Assembly: GCA_030390025.1 (NCBI GenBank)
Contig: CM059432.1
Coordinates: forward strand, 111,664,001 to 111,728,000
DNA: 64,000 nt
Direction of reading: 5' to 3'
Source: Squalus acanthias
Taxonomy: Eukaryota
The notes beneath the pieces were generated by a model that was not told where the DNA came from, ran no database searches, and saw nothing but the letters and a program-made list of their open reading frames with translations. Below are positions 61,370-64,000 of this stretch, one piece after another (position 1 is the first letter of the stretch; every line of letters starts with the position of its first letter). A program made the translations under genes and the position numbers.

Positions 61370-62025
61370 GGAGAGGGTGCAAGAAAGATTTAGAAGGAAT
61401 TTACCAGAACTGAGAAGTTATAGCTATCAGGAAAGACTGAACAGGCTGGGGCTCTTTTTTCTAGAGAAGAGAAGGCTGAGGGATGATCTGGTAGAGGTCT
61501 TTAAGATTATGAAAGGGTTTGATAGGACAGACATAGAGAAGATATTTCCACTTGTTAAGCCTGTTCCGCTATTTAATTAGATCATGGTTGATCTATACCT
61601 CAACTCCATTTACCCACCTTTGATCCATAAACCTTGATGCCCTTATCTAATAAAAATCTGTCGAGATAATTCCACATTTCCAGTACACTTTGGGTGAAAA
61701 AGTGCTTTTTGATTTCAATCCTGAATGATCTGGCTCTAATTTTAGGATTCTATCTACCCATAAAATCAAAACCTTTCATAATTTTAAAGACCTCTATTCC
61801 CGAGTTCAAATCATTTATGTGAATTGTGGACAACAGTGGTCCCAGTAGCAATTCTTGGGGAACACCGCTTCCACCTTTGCCAGACTGAGTAGCTACCCTT
61901 AACTCCTACTCTCTGTTTTCTGTTCTGTAGACAGCTTGCTATCCATTCTGCTACTTGTCCTCTGACTCCACATGCTGTGACCTTAGTCATGAGTCTACTA
62001 TGCGGTACATTATCGAAGGCCTTTA
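61370..62025. mobile_element. Two CR1 fragments in opposite orientation
   Basis: Plus strand ERLNRLGLFFLEKRRLRDDLVEVFKI to ~61555, then minus-strand CR1 3' and RT remnants. Confidence 0.75.
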
Positions 62026-62341
62026 TTATTTTTATATCATTTTTAATAACCCAATTTTAACTGCGGGCAGGTTTTGGGTGGGTGGGTAGTGGGATGAGTT
62101 CAAAATTTAGCCGCTGCCCCAGAAGACAGGCCCGGAGTATTTTAACTCTTGGGCTTCATTATAATGTCACCAACGGGATACTCACCCATTTCTCTGACCC
62201 ACCAGGAAACCCACAGACTTCCGAAACACTAGTTCTGGCACTAAGTCAGCCAGAGGCCCTTTTAAAGCAGGAATGCACTTCTTAAAGTGAGGTTGCATTA
62301 TCTTCTGCAAGATTTCCCTTTAGAATTGTGGACGAAGATAC

Positions 62342-63070
62342 ATGAGTTGGAGGCAAGTGCCCAGATTCTCTGAAGCCTCCTTGGCGGTTCTGCTGGAAGA
62401 GATCAGGGATGGAGGGAAGGTATCTTTCTAGCCAGTGGGAGGAGGATCCCGAAACACTAAGTCCACCAAGCATGGAGAGACATTGCAGAGTAGTCAGCTC
62501 CAGGAGCATTGCCCATGCAGTGCAGGAAGTGCTTCAATTACCTCATTAGAGTTGCAAGGGCGTGTACAGCTCTTCATTTCTACATCTCACCCAACACATG
62601 GCAACTGTTCTTTCCCCTTCCTCCACCACTATCAAGGATTCCCTCCCCTCCATCACATCCTTCACCACCCAGCACAAGGGCATATTATTCTACCTCTCAT
62701 TCTCATTACAAACACACAAAATCCTTCACCTTGCTCCTTTTACAGCAGCCACTAGCACCATTCTCTTCTCACTTGGTACAATTTGCAGAATCACCATCTA
62801 TTCTCAGGGCTTCTTCCTCATGCTTTCCATTCAATGCCTGCTCATCCTCTCATTTCATCTCGACTCTTCTCACTCTCAGCATCTGCACAACAAACAGAAG
62901 CCCCACACATCGGCACTCACTAACTCTTGCCCTCCCTTTCTGCAGGAGGAACCAGCACATAATACAAGGTAGAGGAGTAAAACCCAGGGAAGTCCATCCA
63001 ACATAGTGAAACTCTCTGAACTGGAGGAGCAAGTGATGGAAATCAATGGCTCCTCCAGAGCTGTCAGAGT
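62342..63070 (+). pseudogene. Harbinger-associated Myb/SANT-like gene relic, two exons with intron
   Basis: MSWRQVPRFSEASLAVLLEEI...QCRKCFNYLIRVAR, a pyrimidine-rich intron, acceptor ccctttctgcag at 62945, then EEPAHNTR*RSKTQGSP...LSELEEQVMEI. Confidence 0.72.
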
Positions 63071-63409
63071 AAGAGGTTTCAAGGCTGGGGCTTCTATGAA
63101 CAGGGTCTCTGACTATTACTTGCACCCCTTCATGATCCTCTGAAAGACACACAATTATGCAGCTTCACAACATCAAGCAGCATTGTGAAGCCTACCATCT
63201 AATACTGTACAGCATCTCAGTGCCAAGCTAACTCTTCTCCCTTTTCTCTTCCCTCTGGGTCATTCTCAGGAGCCTCAGCCCACAAAAGAAGACATTTCAG
63301 AGGAGGAGAATCCTTCTGAGGAGACACTGTCATGCATTCTATCTCTCTCAAGCACCAGCGCAGAGATTGGCACCTGGCTGTCTTAGAGAGTAAGTTACAG
63401 GGGTCTGCA

Positions 63410-64000
63410 CATAAGAACATAGGACATAGGAACATAGGACATAGGAACATAGGGACATAGGAACAGGAGGAGGCCATTGAGCCCCTCGAGCCTGTGACAC
63501 CATTCAATGAGATCATAGATGATCTGCGATCTAACTCCATATACCCGCCTTTGGCCCATATCCCTTAATATCTTTGGTTAACAAAAAGCTATCAATCTCA
63601 AATTTAAAATTAACAATTGATCTAGCATCAAGTGCCTTTTGCAGAAGAGAGTTCCAAACTTCATCCTTTGTGTGTAGAAGTGTAGAAGTGTTTCCTAATT
63701 TCATTCCTGAAAGGTCTGGCTCTAATTTTTAGTCTATGCCCCCTAGTCCTAGAATCCCCAACCAGCGAAAATAGATCACCCCTTAACCTTCTAAATTCTA
63801 GGGAATACAACCCTAATTTGTGTAATCTCTCCTCATAACTTAACCCTTGAAGTCCGGGTATCATTCTGGTAAACCTACACTGCACTCCCTCCAAGGCCAA
63901 TATATCCTTCCCAAGGTGTGGTGCCCAGAACTGCTCACAGTACTCCAGGTGTGGTCTGACCAGGGTTTTGTATAGCTGCAGCATAACTTCTACCCCCTTG
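63410..64000 (-). mobile_element. CR1 3' end with (CATAGGA/CATAGGAA)n tail; cut off by the window end
   Basis: ORF 63661-63984 LYKTLVRPHLEYC...RRLRGDL. Confidence 0.9.

Larger units (their letters stand above)
55030..61370 (-). mobile_element. L2 LINE fragment (55030-55369 plus 60727-61370) split by the Gypsy provirus
   Basis: SCSLDPIPTKLL...LLNLSAAFDTL on the right; SGVPQRSVLGPLLF...FHIYADDTQLY on the left. Confidence 0.88.

Overview
Vertebrate nuclear DNA, almost certainly cartilaginous fish (shark-like). This rests on the repeat content: tRNA-headed Deu-core SINEs of the SacSINE1 type, abundant CR1 LINEs, L2, PIF/Harbinger relics and a Gypsy element. Most of the window is nested transposable elements, and there is one 500-N gap inside a CA-rich tract. 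I could not identify any host gene; the region reads as intronic or intergenic, with a few weak exon candidates (best: 49266-49398, +). Best-supported items: (1) a full-length CR1 LINE with two open ORFs (37457-41880, -). (2) A decayed Gypsy provirus with 125-bp LTRs, tRNA-Ser PBS, PPT and TSD (55370-60726), inserted in an L2. (3) Three ~890-bp copies of a GC-rich non-autonomous PIF/Harbinger-type element with 12-bp TIRs and 3-bp TSDs; excising one copy restores the Gypsy gag frame. (4) Relics of the Harbinger transposase and Myb/SANT gene pair. (5) A 756-bp solo LTR. (6) A 60-bp minisatellite amplified from an L2 ORF2 segment. I found no CRISPR array or convincing novel gene system; the Harbinger MITE family is the most interesting candidate for something undescribed. 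Family names come from my recognition of motifs, not from a database search, and boundaries of old fragments are approximate.
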